A stretch of 64,000 nt of DNA from Eledone cirrhosa (GCA_964016885.1 OZ024746.1:1860001-1924000); one strand, 5' to 3'; positions 1 to 15,303 are shown, counted from the first letter of the stretch. Program-made: numbers and translations. The notes: generated by a model not told the origin, from the letters alone.

Positions 1-26
1 AGTGGTGCACAATAAAGTATGTGGGT

Positions 27-340
27 GAAGGCACGTGGCTTAGTGGTTAGAGTGTTTGGCTCCTGATTGCAAGGTCATGAGATTGATTCTCATTCACATT
101 GTATTCTTGAGCAAGACACTTTATTTCACGTTGCTCCCGTTTACTCAGCTGATAAAAATAAGTTATACCAGTATTTCAAAAGGCCAGCCATGTCTCTCAT
201 TGTGTCACATTGAATTTCCCTGAGAACTATTTTATGGAATCTGTGGAATGCTCAGCCACTTACATGTTAATTTCCTGGGCAGATTGTTCTCTTGTTCAAA
301 CAACTGGAATATTTGTCATTGAAGTCCAACAAAAACAGTT
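27..340 (+). mobile_element. tRNA-derived SINE (family A), degenerate
   Basis: A-box-like TGGCTTAGTGG head, then CTTGAGCAAGACACTTTATTTCACGTTGCTCC core. Related copies lie at ~13200-13478 (-), ~18110-18400 (+) and ~39250-39395 (-). Boundaries approximate. Confidence 0.7.
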
Positions 341-389
341 GTCTTTTGATACATTAAACTATAATTTGTGTGAACTGTGCAAGTGTTTA

Positions 390-754
390 CTTTCAGGTCT
401 TCAATAGTCACCTCCCCCCAGCCCCGCTTATTAATTTTCAGACCCCACCATCCCTGCCTTGCTTATTAAATTTTGCTAATCTATCTCTGGCAAAATTTTA
501 TTTTAAGTGGTAGCATTCCTGCAACAATTTTCTTTGGACATTAAAAACATTGTATATGACAAAAAAAAGTACATTACAAAAATCCCATTTGTTATAAAAT
601 AAATAGGATGGGTCGGGGTCTCAATATGTAAACTAAATGACTAATTCTGGTTTTTAAAAAAATCAACAGAGACAACCTAGAAAAATGACCAGTTTCCAAC
701 TCTCCCACTTATTCCAACCCCTTGTCATTCCCCTTATTATTTGGGACCTGAGAG
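390..754. mobile_element. TA-flanked MITE (Tc1/mariner-type non-autonomous element), copy 1
   Basis: Imperfect TIRs CTTTCAGGTCTTCAATA ... TTATTTGGGACCTGAGAG with TA on both sides. The internal sequence closely matches 15304-15701. Confidence 0.75.
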
Positions 755-1095
755 TAGCCATGATGTGTAACTAAATACCCTGGATAAATGCCAGTTTTAT
801 CTCTGTGGACAGAAAAGGTGGCTGAGTGACTGCCTACAGAGATAAATATGACATTTGCCAATATATGTCTATTTGTGTTTCAACAGTCTCTTTACTTTCA
901 CATATAAGTAGAGATAAATGTTATTAACTTTTGTTGAAGCAATCCATCACTAGTTTCTTCAAATTCAAGCTTTTAAGGGAGATAATTCCTTTATCAGAAT
1001 TTTATTTAAATTTAAATAGTAATTCCACTTGGAAACTTTTTAATAAACCATTAAATAGACTTTATAACATTCAATATATTTAAGATTCATTATAT

Positions 1096-1280
1096 CGGTG
1101 GATTGGCAGTATTGGTAGAGGGTCAGACGCCATGCTTTGACGCATAGAGTTACGGCCCTTGCCATTCTGAGTTCAAATCCCGCCGAGGTTAACTTTGCCT
1201 TTCATCCTTACGGGGTCGATAAAATAAAGTACCAGTAATACACTGGTTAATTTGCTGGCCTTGTGCCTAAAGTAGAAACA
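1096..1280 (+). mobile_element. tRNA-derived SINE (family B)
   Basis: TGGCAGTATTGG A-box and GAGTTCAAATCC B-box, then GAGGTTAACTTTGCCTTTCATCC...AAAATAAAGTACCAGT. A reverse copy lies at 16770-16972. Confidence 0.75.
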
Positions 1281-1340
1281 ATTATATATTGCAAATTGAA
1301 GAAATATGAAAACAAAATAATATAACTATAAGTAAAATTT

Positions 1341-1546
1341 ATGGTGATGGTGATGGTGGTGGTGGTGGTGATGATGGTGGTGGTGGTTATGATGGTGGTG
1401 GTGGTGGTGATGGTGGTGGTGGTGGTAATGATGGTGGTGGTGGTGATGATGGTGGTGGTGGTTATGGTGGTGGTGGTGGTGGTGGTGATGGTGGTGGTGG
1501 TGGTAATGATGGTGGTGGTGGTGATGGTGGTGATGATGGTGGTTAT
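1341..1546. repeat. (GGT)/(GAT) compound trinucleotide microsatellite
   Basis: Directly visible; runs into the assembly gap. Confidence 0.95.
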
Positions 1547-1746
1547 NNNNNNNNNNNNNNNNNNNNNNNNNNNNNNNNNNNNNNNNNNNNNNNNNNNNNN
1601 NNNNNNNNNNNNNNNNNNNNNNNNNNNNNNNNNNNNNNNNNNNNNNNNNNNNNNNNNNNNNNNNNNNNNNNNNNNNNNNNNNNNNNNNNNNNNNNNNNNN
1701 NNNNNNNNNNNNNNNNNNNNNNNNNNNNNNNNNNNNNNNNNNNNNN
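1547..1746. other. assembly gap (200 N)
   Basis: Run of N. Continuity across it is not guaranteed. Confidence 1.
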
Positions 1747-2047
1747 AATGATACAGTGACAACATGCAGTAATAAATAAGACAAATACAACAATAACAAC
1801 AATATATCCCAAACAACATGCTGCTGATGTGACTAGTTCACTACTTTCTTAGGCTTAAGGCTGTTTTGTCACTTGTTATTTATATAGAGATAAGACGATT
1901 TAGTCCGTGCAGAAGGATTATCAACTGTAAAGAAGTGAAAGAAGTAAACCCTGGTTGGAACTGTACTGAAATATGAAAAGTAATAAAACATATATATATT
2001 ATATATATGTATATATATATATATATATAGTATATATATATATATTA

Positions 2048-2155
<108 letters not shown>

Positions 2156-2233
2156 GTTGTATATTATATATATATATATATATATGTGTATATATATATA
2201 CTATATATATATATATGTAATATATATATATAA

Positions 2234-2270
<37 letters not shown>

Positions 2271-2437
2271 GTATATATATATATATATATATAGTATATA
2301 TTATATATATATTATATATATATATATATATATAATATATATATTATATAGTATATATATATATATATTATATATGATATATATATATATATATATTATA
2401 TATATAAATATATATATATATAATATATAATATATAC

Positions 2438-2476
<39 letters not shown>

Positions 2477-2485
2477 CATATATAT

Positions 2486-2523
<38 letters not shown>

Positions 2524-2674
2524 CATATATAAATTATATATATATGTATATATATATAGTATATATTATATATATATATATATATAATTATATATTATAT
2601 ATATATATATATGATATATATTATATATTAATATATATAAATATATATATAGTATATGTATATATATATTATAT

Positions 2675-2706
<32 letters not shown>

Positions 2707-2732
2707 ATATATATATATATATATATATAAAT

Positions 2733-2810
<78 letters not shown>

Positions 2811-2819
2811 TTATATATT

Positions 2820-2873
<54 letters not shown>

Positions 2874-2919
2874 CTATATATACATATATATATATTATAT
2901 ATACATATATATATATATA

Positions 2920-2998
<79 letters not shown>

Positions 2999-3069
2999 AT
3001 ATACTACATATATATATAATATATATATATATATACACATAATATATATATTTATATATATATATATAC

Positions 3070-3166
<97 letters not shown>

Positions 3167-3179
3167 CATATATATAATA

Positions 3180-3302
<123 letters not shown>

Positions 3303-3322
3303 TATATATATAATACATATAT

Positions 3323-3378
<56 letters not shown>

Positions 3379-3481
3379 CATATAAATATATATATATACT
3401 ATAATATATATATATATATATACATATATATATTATACATATACATATATATATACATATATATATATATAATATATATAT

Positions 3482-3525
<44 letters not shown>

Positions 3526-3954
3526 CATATATATATTATATATATATATACATATATATATTATATATATATACATATAACGAAGGAAGTCCAGAATTAG
3601 CCGTCGAAACGGGCTTGAGCTCAGCTGTCGGGGTCTTACTGGTTCCTATATATACATATATAATATATATATATAACATATATATATATATATTATACAT
3701 ATATATATAATATACATATATATATATATATATATAACATATACATATATACATATACATATAATATATATATATACATATACATATTATATATACATAT
3801 AATATATATACATATACATATATAATATATACATATACATATATACATATACATATTATACATATATATATATACATATATATATATACATATATATATA
3901 TATACATAATAATATATACATATATATATATACATATATATAATACATATATAC

Positions 3955-4037
<83 letters not shown>

Positions 4038-4151
4038 ATATATATATATATATATACATATATCATATATATAAATATATATACATATATATATATATTA
4101 TATACATATATTACATATATATATATATATATATAATATATACATATATAA

Positions 4152-4189
<38 letters not shown>

Positions 4190-4255
4190 ATATATATCAT
4201 ATAATATATATATATACTATATAATATTATATATATATATCATATACATATAATA

Positions 4256-4301
<46 letters not shown>

Positions 4302-4575
4302 CATTTATATATATAATATATACATATATATATAGTATATATACATATTTCGTTTCTGAATTTGTTTAGCAAGATTCTTTATCTGAAATCTGTGTGTTGA
4401 AACCGATATTGTTATACTTTGGGAGGGTCATGTTGCCCATTAAGAAACACACGCACCAGTTGCTTTCACTTCAATTTATATATATATTTATAAATTTATA
4501 AATTTACAAATCTACAAACTTATAAATTTCTGGTTGGTTGGTTGGTTCCACAACCAGATAGTTTGTTTTATATAT

Positions 4576-4620
4576 AGTCATAGTCCTTTCGTCACACACT
4601 CTGTGACCTCTTCAGTGACT
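4576..4620 (-). ncRNA. minimal type I hammerhead ribozyme (inverted copy)
   Basis: Exact reverse complement of 5184-5228. Confidence 0.8.
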
Positions 4621-5183
4621 GGGGATTCCTTCTTTGTTTCTTGTGCCTTTCCTTTCTTCTGTCCCTACGCCATTTTGTTTCTGTGTGTGTTTGTGTTCAT
4701 TTATCTATTTGTTTATTTATTTATTTATTTATTGTTTGGTTGGTTATTTGTTCTATTGTTCTAAAGAATCATCTGTGCTCTACCAACATGCTAAGATAGA
4801 ACCATAGGGGTAAATTAGAGAATATAGAAATAAAAATAGAATCCACACACAGAAAAAGATGCAATGTTTAGGCAAATTACAGAGGCAGTAGAAGCATAAA
4901 AGAATTACAACCAAAATTAAATAGAAAATATGAGTGGAACAGCAACATCACAACTTACAATTAAGAACAAAAGGACAAAATGAAAACACACACACTCACA
5001 TAGAACAAACAACCAACCAACAATAAATAAATAAATAAATAAACAAATAGATAAATGAACACAAACACACACAGACACCCGGATGTGGCGCATGCGCAAA
5101 ACTGAGCACACAACACACACACAGAACAAAATGGCGTAGGACAGAAGAAAGGAAAGGCACAGAAACAAAGAAAGGAATCCTCC

Positions 5184-5228
5184 AGTCACTGAAGAGGTCA
5201 CAGAGTGTGTGACGAAAGGACTATGACT
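5184..5228 (+). ncRNA. minimal type I hammerhead ribozyme
   Basis: Stem I AGTCA/TGACT; core CTGAAGA (5189-5195); one extra G; stem II GTCACA-gagtg-TGTGAC; GAAA; tiny stem III AG-ga-CT; cleavage triplet CUA (site after 5223). Confidence 0.8.
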
Positions 5229-5393
5229 ATATATAAACAACTATCTGGTTGTGGAACCAAACCAACCAACCAGAAATTTATAAGTTTGTAGATTTGTAAA
5301 TTTATAAATATATAATAAATTGAAGTGAAAGCAACTGGTGCGTGTGTTTCTTATTGGCAACATGACCCTCCCAAAGTATAACAATATATATAC

Positions 5394-5461
<68 letters not shown>

Positions 5462-5519
5462 GTACATATACATAATATATATATACATATACATATATAT
5501 TATATAATATACATTATAC

Positions 5520-5552
<33 letters not shown>

Positions 5553-5556
5553 ATAC

Positions 5557-5590
<34 letters not shown>

Positions 5591-5736
5591 ATATATACAT
5601 ATACATATATATATATATATACATTATATAATATATATATATATACATATACATATATATATATACAATATACATATATAATATATACATATACATATAT
5701 ATATATACATATACATATATATATATATACATATAC

Positions 5737-5771
<35 letters not shown>

Positions 5772-5917
5772 CATATATATAATATATATACATATATATA
5801 TACTATATATACATATATATAATATCATATATATACATATATATTATATATATACATATATATTATACATATATATATACATATATATATACATATATAT
5901 AATACATATATATATAC

Positions 5918-5950
<33 letters not shown>

Positions 5951-6013
5951 ATATATATATACTATACATATATATATATACATATATATATACATATATA
6001 TATATATACATAC

Positions 6014-6044
<31 letters not shown>

Positions 6045-6085
6045 CATACATATATATAATATACATATATATACATATATATATA

Positions 6086-7211
6086 TTTTTTTTTTTTATT
6101 TTTTTTTTTTTTTAACCTGTTTCAGCCATCCGGCTGAGGCCATGCTGGGGCACCGCCCTTGTTGCTACACATTTTATCTCCAGCCTGTATAGGGTTGGCC
6201 ACTGGTGTAGGAGGGAGTTTTGTTGCTGCTGCCCTTAGGTTTCCCTCGTTGTCTTGCTGTGGGCTCATCCGGGATCCTGGATAACAAGGTGTCGAGATGT
6301 TTCTTAAAGACATCCACCTCCACATCATGCAAAGTCTCGCAGATGCCTCGGAGCAGCCTGTTGAAGAGTTGAGGGCCCTTGAATCCCAGGCTATTGCAAT
6401 ACCTGCTCCTTATTCTAGATGTGGAAGACGGGACCCTTTTGGCACCACACAGTGACGTCCTGTTCGACGGTTGGTCCAGCTCCCCAATGCCAAAGTTTGG
6501 TGCTAGTCCCTCCAGGATTTTCCACATGTAGATCACTGCGTATCTCTCCCGTCTTCGCTCCAAGGAGGTAGAGGTCAGTTCCTTCCAGCCTCTCCCAAGT
6601 AGCTTGTCTCCCTCATCTTGGCAATCCTCTTGGTGTAGCTTCGCTGGATTGCCTCAAGCTCTGTGGTTAGTTTGACACTATGGGGTGACCACAGCTGGGA
6701 GCAGTAGTCCAGGCGGCTTAGGACAAAAGTCCTCCACAGTGTCAACATGGTGTCTCGATCTCTTGTAAGGAAAGTCCTCAAGATCCCAGCCAGCGAATCG
6801 TCTTACATGCTGTCGCCACCTTCATGATGTGTGAAGAAAAAAGATGCATCATCGCTCATGTCTATGCCCAGGTCTCGTATCGATTTTGACACGGGGATAT
6901 CGGTCCCTCCCTGGTCCTGTGTAGCTGTGTTCCGCTTATATTTGTGTTTGTGTTTTGCAGGTTTGTATTGTAGGGCTTGGAATTTGCCAGCATTAAACTG
7001 CATGTTGTTTTCTTCCGCCCATCTGTATATGGCATCCAGATCCTGCTGTAAGAGGGCAGTGTCAGCCGGGTTTTTGATTGCCTGTGCTACCTTAGTGTCA
7101 TCAGCATAGCTAGTGAGGGATGTTGTTGCATGCACCACAGAGGGCATGTCCGAGAGAGCCACCAAAAACAGTAGTGGTCCCAGGACTGTCCCCTGAGGCA
7201 CCCCAAGGTGC
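6086..7211 (-). mobile_element. 5'-truncated CR1-group LINE (reverse transcriptase C-terminal half, 3' end and poly(A) tail)
   Basis: Motifs GVPQGTVLGPLLF, YADDTKV, LQQDLDAIYRWAEENNMQFN, LDYCSQLWSP, ERRRERYAVIYMWKIL and FKKHLDTLLSRIPDEP across frameshifts. The T-run at 6086-6113 is the poly(A) tail. Confidence 0.92.
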
Positions 7212-7246
7212 ATATACATATATAGTACTATATTATATATATACTA

Positions 7247-7290
<44 letters not shown>

Positions 7291-7317
7291 CTATATATAT
7301 ATATATATATACATATA

Positions 7318-7378
<61 letters not shown>

Positions 7379-7471
7379 CATATATATTAGTATATATTAT
7401 ATACATATATATATATATATAATATATACATATATATATATATATCATATATATATATTATAATATAATAT

Positions 7472-7522
<51 letters not shown>

Positions 7523-7545
7523 TATAATATATATACTATATATAT

Positions 7546-7579
<34 letters not shown>

Positions 7580-7586
7580 CGATATA

Positions 7587-7642
<56 letters not shown>

Positions 7643-7921
7643 CATATATAATATTATATATATTATATATACATATATATATATATATATATGATATACA
7701 TATATACATTATATATATATATTATATACATATATACATATATATATATATACTATACTATATATATATATTATATATTATATATATACATATATATACA
7801 TATATATATACATATATATTATAATATATATTATATATATATATATATAATATATATATACATATATATATATATACATAATTATATATATATATATATA
7901 CTATATATATATATAATATAC

Positions 7922-7958
<37 letters not shown>

Positions 7959-8130
7959 ATATAATATACATATATATATAATAAATATATATATATATAA
8001 TATATATATACATATATATATATACATATATATATACATATATATATACATATATATATACATATATAATATACATATATATTACTATATATATACATAT
8101 ATATATCATATATATATATATACATATATA

Positions 8131-8209
<79 letters not shown>

Positions 8210-8219
8210 TATATATATA

Positions 8220-8286
<67 letters not shown>

Positions 8287-8353
8287 ATATATATTATATA
8301 CATATATATATATATATAAATATATATACTATATATATATAATATACTATATA

Positions 8354-8505
<152 letters not shown>

Positions 8506-8535
8506 AGTATATATATATAGTATATATATATATAG

Positions 8536-8635
<100 letters not shown>

Positions 8636-8680
8636 TTATATATATATACATATATATACATATAATATATATATACATAT

Positions 8681-8718
<38 letters not shown>

Positions 8719-8768
8719 ATACATATATATATACTATATATATATATATATATATACATATAATATAC

Positions 8769-8816
<48 letters not shown>

Positions 8817-8980
8817 TATAATATATAATATATATATATATATAGTATATATATATAATATACATATATATATATATAATATACATATATATATACATAT
8901 ATATATACATATATATATACATATATTATATATATATACATATATATACATATATATATACATATATAATATATATATAC

Positions 8981-9055
<75 letters not shown>

Positions 9056-9073
9056 TATATAATATATATATAC

Positions 9074-9219
<146 letters not shown>

Positions 9220-9279
9220 AATTATATATATATATATATATATACATATATAATATATATATAATATATACATATATAT

Positions 9280-9329
<50 letters not shown>

Positions 9330-9333
9330 TATA

Positions 9334-9370
<37 letters not shown>

Positions 9371-9379
9371 ATACATATA

Positions 9380-9435
<56 letters not shown>

Positions 9436-9468
9436 CATATATACATATATATATATATACATATATAA

Positions 9469-9628
<160 letters not shown>

Positions 9629-9651
9629 CATATATATAGTATATTATATAT

Positions 9652-9760
<109 letters not shown>

Positions 9761-9779
9761 TATATACATATATATATAC

Positions 9780-9810
<31 letters not shown>

Positions 9811-9916
9811 CATATATATATACATATATATATACATATATAATATATATACATATATTTATACATATATATATATATACATATATATATACATATATAT
9901 ATACATATATATATAC

Positions 9917-9963
<47 letters not shown>

Positions 9964-10001
9964 TATATAATATACATATATATAAATATATATATATAAT
10001 A

Positions 10002-10056
<55 letters not shown>

Positions 10057-10181
10057 ATACATATATATATATATATATATATACATATATATATTATATA
10101 TATATTAATATATATATACATATTATATATATATACATACATATATATATATATACATATACATATATAAATATAATATAT

Positions 10182-10332
<151 letters not shown>

Positions 10333-10390
10333 CATATATATATATATATAATATATATATATATAATATATATATACATTATACATATAC

Positions 10391-10423
<33 letters not shown>

Positions 10424-10443
10424 TATATACATATATATACATA

Positions 10444-10669
<226 letters not shown>

Positions 10670-10674
10670 TATAT

Positions 10675-10811
<137 letters not shown>

Positions 10812-10825
10812 ATATATACATATAC

Positions 10826-10905
<80 letters not shown>

Positions 10906-11069
10906 ATATATATACATATATATATAATTATACATATACATAATATATATATATATACATATACATATATATATATATTATACATATACATATAATATAC
11001 ATACATATACTAATATATATATATATATATAATACATATATATATATATATATAATATATATATATACT

Positions 11070-11117
<48 letters not shown>

Positions 11118-11150
11118 AATATATATATCATATATATAATATAATATACA

Positions 11151-11321
<171 letters not shown>

Positions 11322-11417
11322 ATATATATATATATATTATATATACATATATATATATATATTATAATATATATATACATATATATATATATAATATATA
11401 TATACATATATATATAC

Positions 11418-11480
<63 letters not shown>

Positions 11481-11504
11481 ACATATATATATATATATAT
11501 ATAT

Positions 11505-11613
<109 letters not shown>

Positions 11614-11634
11614 CATTTTTTCCACCCAACATGT

Positions 11635-11672
<38 letters not shown>

Positions 11673-12129
11673 TGTGTGTGTGTGTGACTGAAAAATTAAT
11701 TAATGGAAATTTGACGCCACATTTTTAATATATCTCATTTCGTTTTATTCTGAAGTTATCTCCCTTTAACCAAATCCTATTATATCTTCGACTTTAACAC
11801 GAATTTAATTGTGGTAAGAAATTGATTTTTATTTTTTAAAATAAAAATTTAAACGTTTATATTTTGACTGCAAGCACGGACATACGAAATAAGATTTAAT
11901 TGTTTTATATTAAAGTTAGGTGAGAATGCATTTAGTATTTGGTTTTCGTTGCTCAACGTTTGTGAGCTCACAAACCTCTAAATTGCCCGTAATTCCATTG
12001 AAGTCAATAAAATAAATTTTAAATTTACTTTAATAATAATTTATTTTATGTTTTCCTTTTCTTAATAATAGCAGAGATGATTAAAATATTAGACAGTTAT
12101 ATTAAATACACTCACCTTTATCTTAAGAT

Positions 12130-12610
12130 CCTGCTTCGATGTCCTGCCTGTGGCCAACATTAGTAGTCTTCTCAGTCTAGACGAGCTCCGCATTTCCATT
12201 GCTCTCCGAATGGGAGCTGATGTCTGCGGAGTCTGAGATATCGCTGTGATAGGTCCCTCGATTCAACAGGCATCCATGGTTTATCCTGCCACCTGAATGC
12301 TGGTCGTATCACCCGCCTCACCGAGCTAAACCTAATAATTAAGCAGGCCCTAGTTCGAGTAAATATCCCCTCAGTTCTTGGAGCCGGCTGGATAATCCAG
12401 AGGTAGTGAGAAGAAACCAGACGGCCTTACCCTTTTGTCCCTGGGTAAGAGGTAGATGTCTCATCTGGGGACGCCACAGTCAGTGACTGTTTTTGTTCCT
12501 TCCCACATCATGGTTGCCGCGGTAAATGTGAGGGTGGCTGTTTCCGTTGCCGAACGGAATAAAATCCTAAAATACCGGGAACTATCAAATAACTATTTTT
12601 TCCAGCCTGT
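12130..12610 (+). mobile_element. degenerate CRE/R2-group non-LTR retrotransposon fragment (restriction-like endonuclease region)
   Basis: Stitched frames give ELRISIALRMGADVC..DSTGIHGLSCHLNAGRITR..ELNLIIKQAL..KKPDGLT..RGRCLIWDATV..AERNKILKYRELSNNYFFQPV: a Zn knuckle followed by PD..D..K RLE motifs. Confidence 0.8.
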
Positions 12611-12635
12611 GTGTGCTTATATGTATATTTATGTG

Positions 12636-12700
12636 TGTGGAGACACGTGGTTAGTGTATTCGGCTCACAATCGTAAGGTCGTGAGTTCGATTCTCGGCAG
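12636..12700 (+). mobile_element. SINE tRNA-like head fragment
   Basis: GTGGTTAG...GGTCGTGAGTTCGATTC A/B boxes. No complete cloverleaf. Confidence 0.55.
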
Positions 12701-13199
12701 CACGATGACAAGAACTTCGCTGTCAGCGACACAGCTCCACCTTTCTATTAATAGATAAGTTATTGTTGATGTATATCACAGCCTCTTCTAGGTTGATAGT
12801 TTTAATCTCTCTCTTAACGAATTACTCTGCATGAAAATAGTAGCATAGTTACCTCCCTTGTAATGTAAAACTTGGACAACTGACGCCGGCCAATAGTGAT
12901 ACACATTCCTGTTGTATAATCGACAAAAACTCATTGAATGTAAATGACTAAAGTATTCCACGGGATCTTTAAGAGATTCTCGGAAAAAGTGAATCCCATT
13001 TCAAATGAAATACATTATATTTCAATTAAATGCTGAAGAATTTTTAGTGATTTTCTAAAACTATTGATTATTTCATTACTTAGATACGGTTCTAATATAA
13101 AATTGTCAGAAAATTTTAATTTAAATAGGAACCCTTTCAAATAGGCGTTTTTGTTTCATAGAACTAGGGCCAATTTTAACTGGGTTGATATGAAGCCTA

Positions 13200-13478
13200 T
13201 TAAATTGGGTGATTATCTAGGATTATAACCAATCTCTCATAAACTGTTTGTGGAAGACCAACAGTCACCCATGCATACCTCTCCATGCCACCGATGTTGC
13301 CAATGGCTAATATAGCTTGGCACCAGTGACATCCCAACTCATTTCTGCAGTTGAGTGAACTGGAGCAACGTGAAATAAAGTGTCTTGCAGAAGAACACAA
13401 TGCAAAGCCCAAGAATCGAACTCAGAACCACACGATTGTAAGCCCAATGCTCTAACCACTAAGCCATGTGCCTTCACT
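13200..13478 (-). mobile_element. tRNA-derived SINE (family A)
   Basis: Reverse complement reads GAAGGCACATGGCTTAGTGGTTAGAG...GAGTTCGATTC...GCAAGACACTTTATTTCACGTTGCTCCAG, matching 27-140. Confidence 0.75.
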
Positions 13479-14084
13479 TACAAAGACACCTTAAGAAACT
13501 GAACCAAAATTGGTAGATTCCACTTCTATTCTATATTTAACACTCAAGCTTTGAATTTGACTAAAGAAAAAAAAACAAAAAACAAAACCATTATTGTAAT
13601 AAAATTGATTTTATTTCTTCTTATTTCTCCAAGGCAACCAAATATGGATGCACAACTGTACACATATACTCTGTTCTGCTTCAGTGAGTTTATTTGTCCT
13701 TCATTAAGAGTGATCATCAGTGGTATCATTGATTAAAATTCATCTCCATAAAATACCATTGACTCACCTCAACACAATATCATGTACACCAAGAATGTCT
13801 ATTTCAAATAGCTTCATTGTCACATGAGACAAAAATATTGTTTTTGCTAGATTTCTTTCGGTTGCTTTTTTTTTTTTTGGTCCCCCCCCCCCTCTAATTT
13901 TAGCCCTATTTGTTTGTTTTTTAAATGGGGAGGAAATGGAAAATGATATTCATGCCTTTTTGCCCAGTGTTTGTAATATGTAGGCTAAGGTTCAACTATG
14001 TGCCCACATTTTTCCCCTACATGTTACACACACAAATACAATCCATATATTAGTTTCTTTCTTTGAAACAAGTCTAGAAAGTCT

Positions 14085-14260
14085 AAAGTCTGTCTCGAGC
14101 CCAGAGACTCATCAGGTCGGTGCTTATCCCGGTTTCCATGGCATTAAGAGACTGAGAGTACAATACCCACCCCTGGACAGGACAACAGTCCATCACAGGG
14201 TTAAACTCCCAGCTATTGCTGGTATTCATTTTCAACTGAGTATACTGGAGCAATGTGAAT
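14085..14260 (-). mobile_element. SINE central/3' domain fragment
   Basis: Shares ACTGGAGCAATGTGAA with the family A core, followed by a typical SINE body (ATGGACTGTTGTCCTGTCCAGGGG...GGATAAGCACCG). Confidence 0.5.
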
Positions 14261-15303
14261 TCTCATGGACACTAGTGAAGTGTAAATAAAATGGATTACA
14301 TCAAAAATAACTCTTTCTCTCTCACATACATATTACTAATATGAAAGAAATATTTGTATGACAACTGATATATCTTATAAGAAGTGAACAACAAAGGGAA
14401 CTACACAGATGAGAGAGAGAGAGAGAGAGAGAGATTATTTGAGAATCATAACAAACCAAACCAACACAGTAAACAATGAAGCCATCAAAGGATTAGCTGT
14501 TTAGATGCCAGAACAGTGATGTCACAAAGACACCGCCCACAGTTCAGGTAGAAACATTATTGTGTGGTGAAGGAGTTGTCTTTACAACTACATGGTTTCA
14601 AGTTTGATTCAACTACAATCCTACACTGTGACATCTTGGGCAAGGTTTTTTTCTGCCCTAGCCACAAGTCAACCAAAGGCTTATAAGTAAAATAGTTCTT
14701 GTTGTTTAGTGGTAGACTTAATCTGTTACTCAGCTTTATTTGGCCCTTGTGGGTGCCTTTAGAGAAAATATAACTACTGTATGCAATGTAGTCAGGTTTG
14801 TGACCTAAGGATAATTTCTTCATAGCAGTCTTAAAAAGATCATGGACTCCTCTCTTCCTCCTTTGATTAAACCATTGAAAAACAATATAGGAGACTCTGG
14901 AGTGGTGCAGCCAACAAATGTTTGCAGCAGGAGCACTGTATATCTGATGTGTGTTCCACTGGCTTACAATATCAGTTATAAAAGTGATATATATACCCTT
15001 GAATAAAAACTGATATGAACAAGTAACCCACTAATGGATACCTCTAGTTTTGAAATGTCAGGCAATTGTGTGGGTGTGAGTGTGAAAGAGAGAGGGGGGG
15101 CAGAGACAGAAGGAAGAGAGAGAGAGAGGGAAGAGGAGAGATGTTCTGATTTATCACCTAACAATGTAGTTACTGAGTGACAGAGACACAAATCTTTTAT
15201 CTTTTAGACAGAGGAGTGGTGACTAACAGTGAAGGAGTGTTCTCTCAATATTTCATTTATTAGAAACCATTTATACTTAACACGTAATTATATAATTCAC
15301 CTA

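Larger units (their letters stand above)
4347..5387 (+). mobile_element. 5'-truncated Penelope-like retroelement (PLE) with an inverted pseudo-LTR
   Basis: Arm ~4405-4756 is the reverse complement of ~5001-5387. The spacer translates, with frameshifts, as KESSVLYQHAKIE/HRGKLENIEIKIESTHRK/DAMFRQITEAV/IKELQPKLNRKYEWNSN*, which resembles the C-terminal end of a PLE GIY-YIG endonuclease. Each arm contains a hammerhead motif. Confidence 0.85.

Noticed and set aside
1247-1819. Poly-H, poly-T and poly-V ORFs
   Set aside because: Trinucleotide microsatellite plus the N gap.
12636-12700. tRNA gene
   Set aside because: Only A/B-box remnants with no acceptor stem; matches SINE heads elsewhere in the window.
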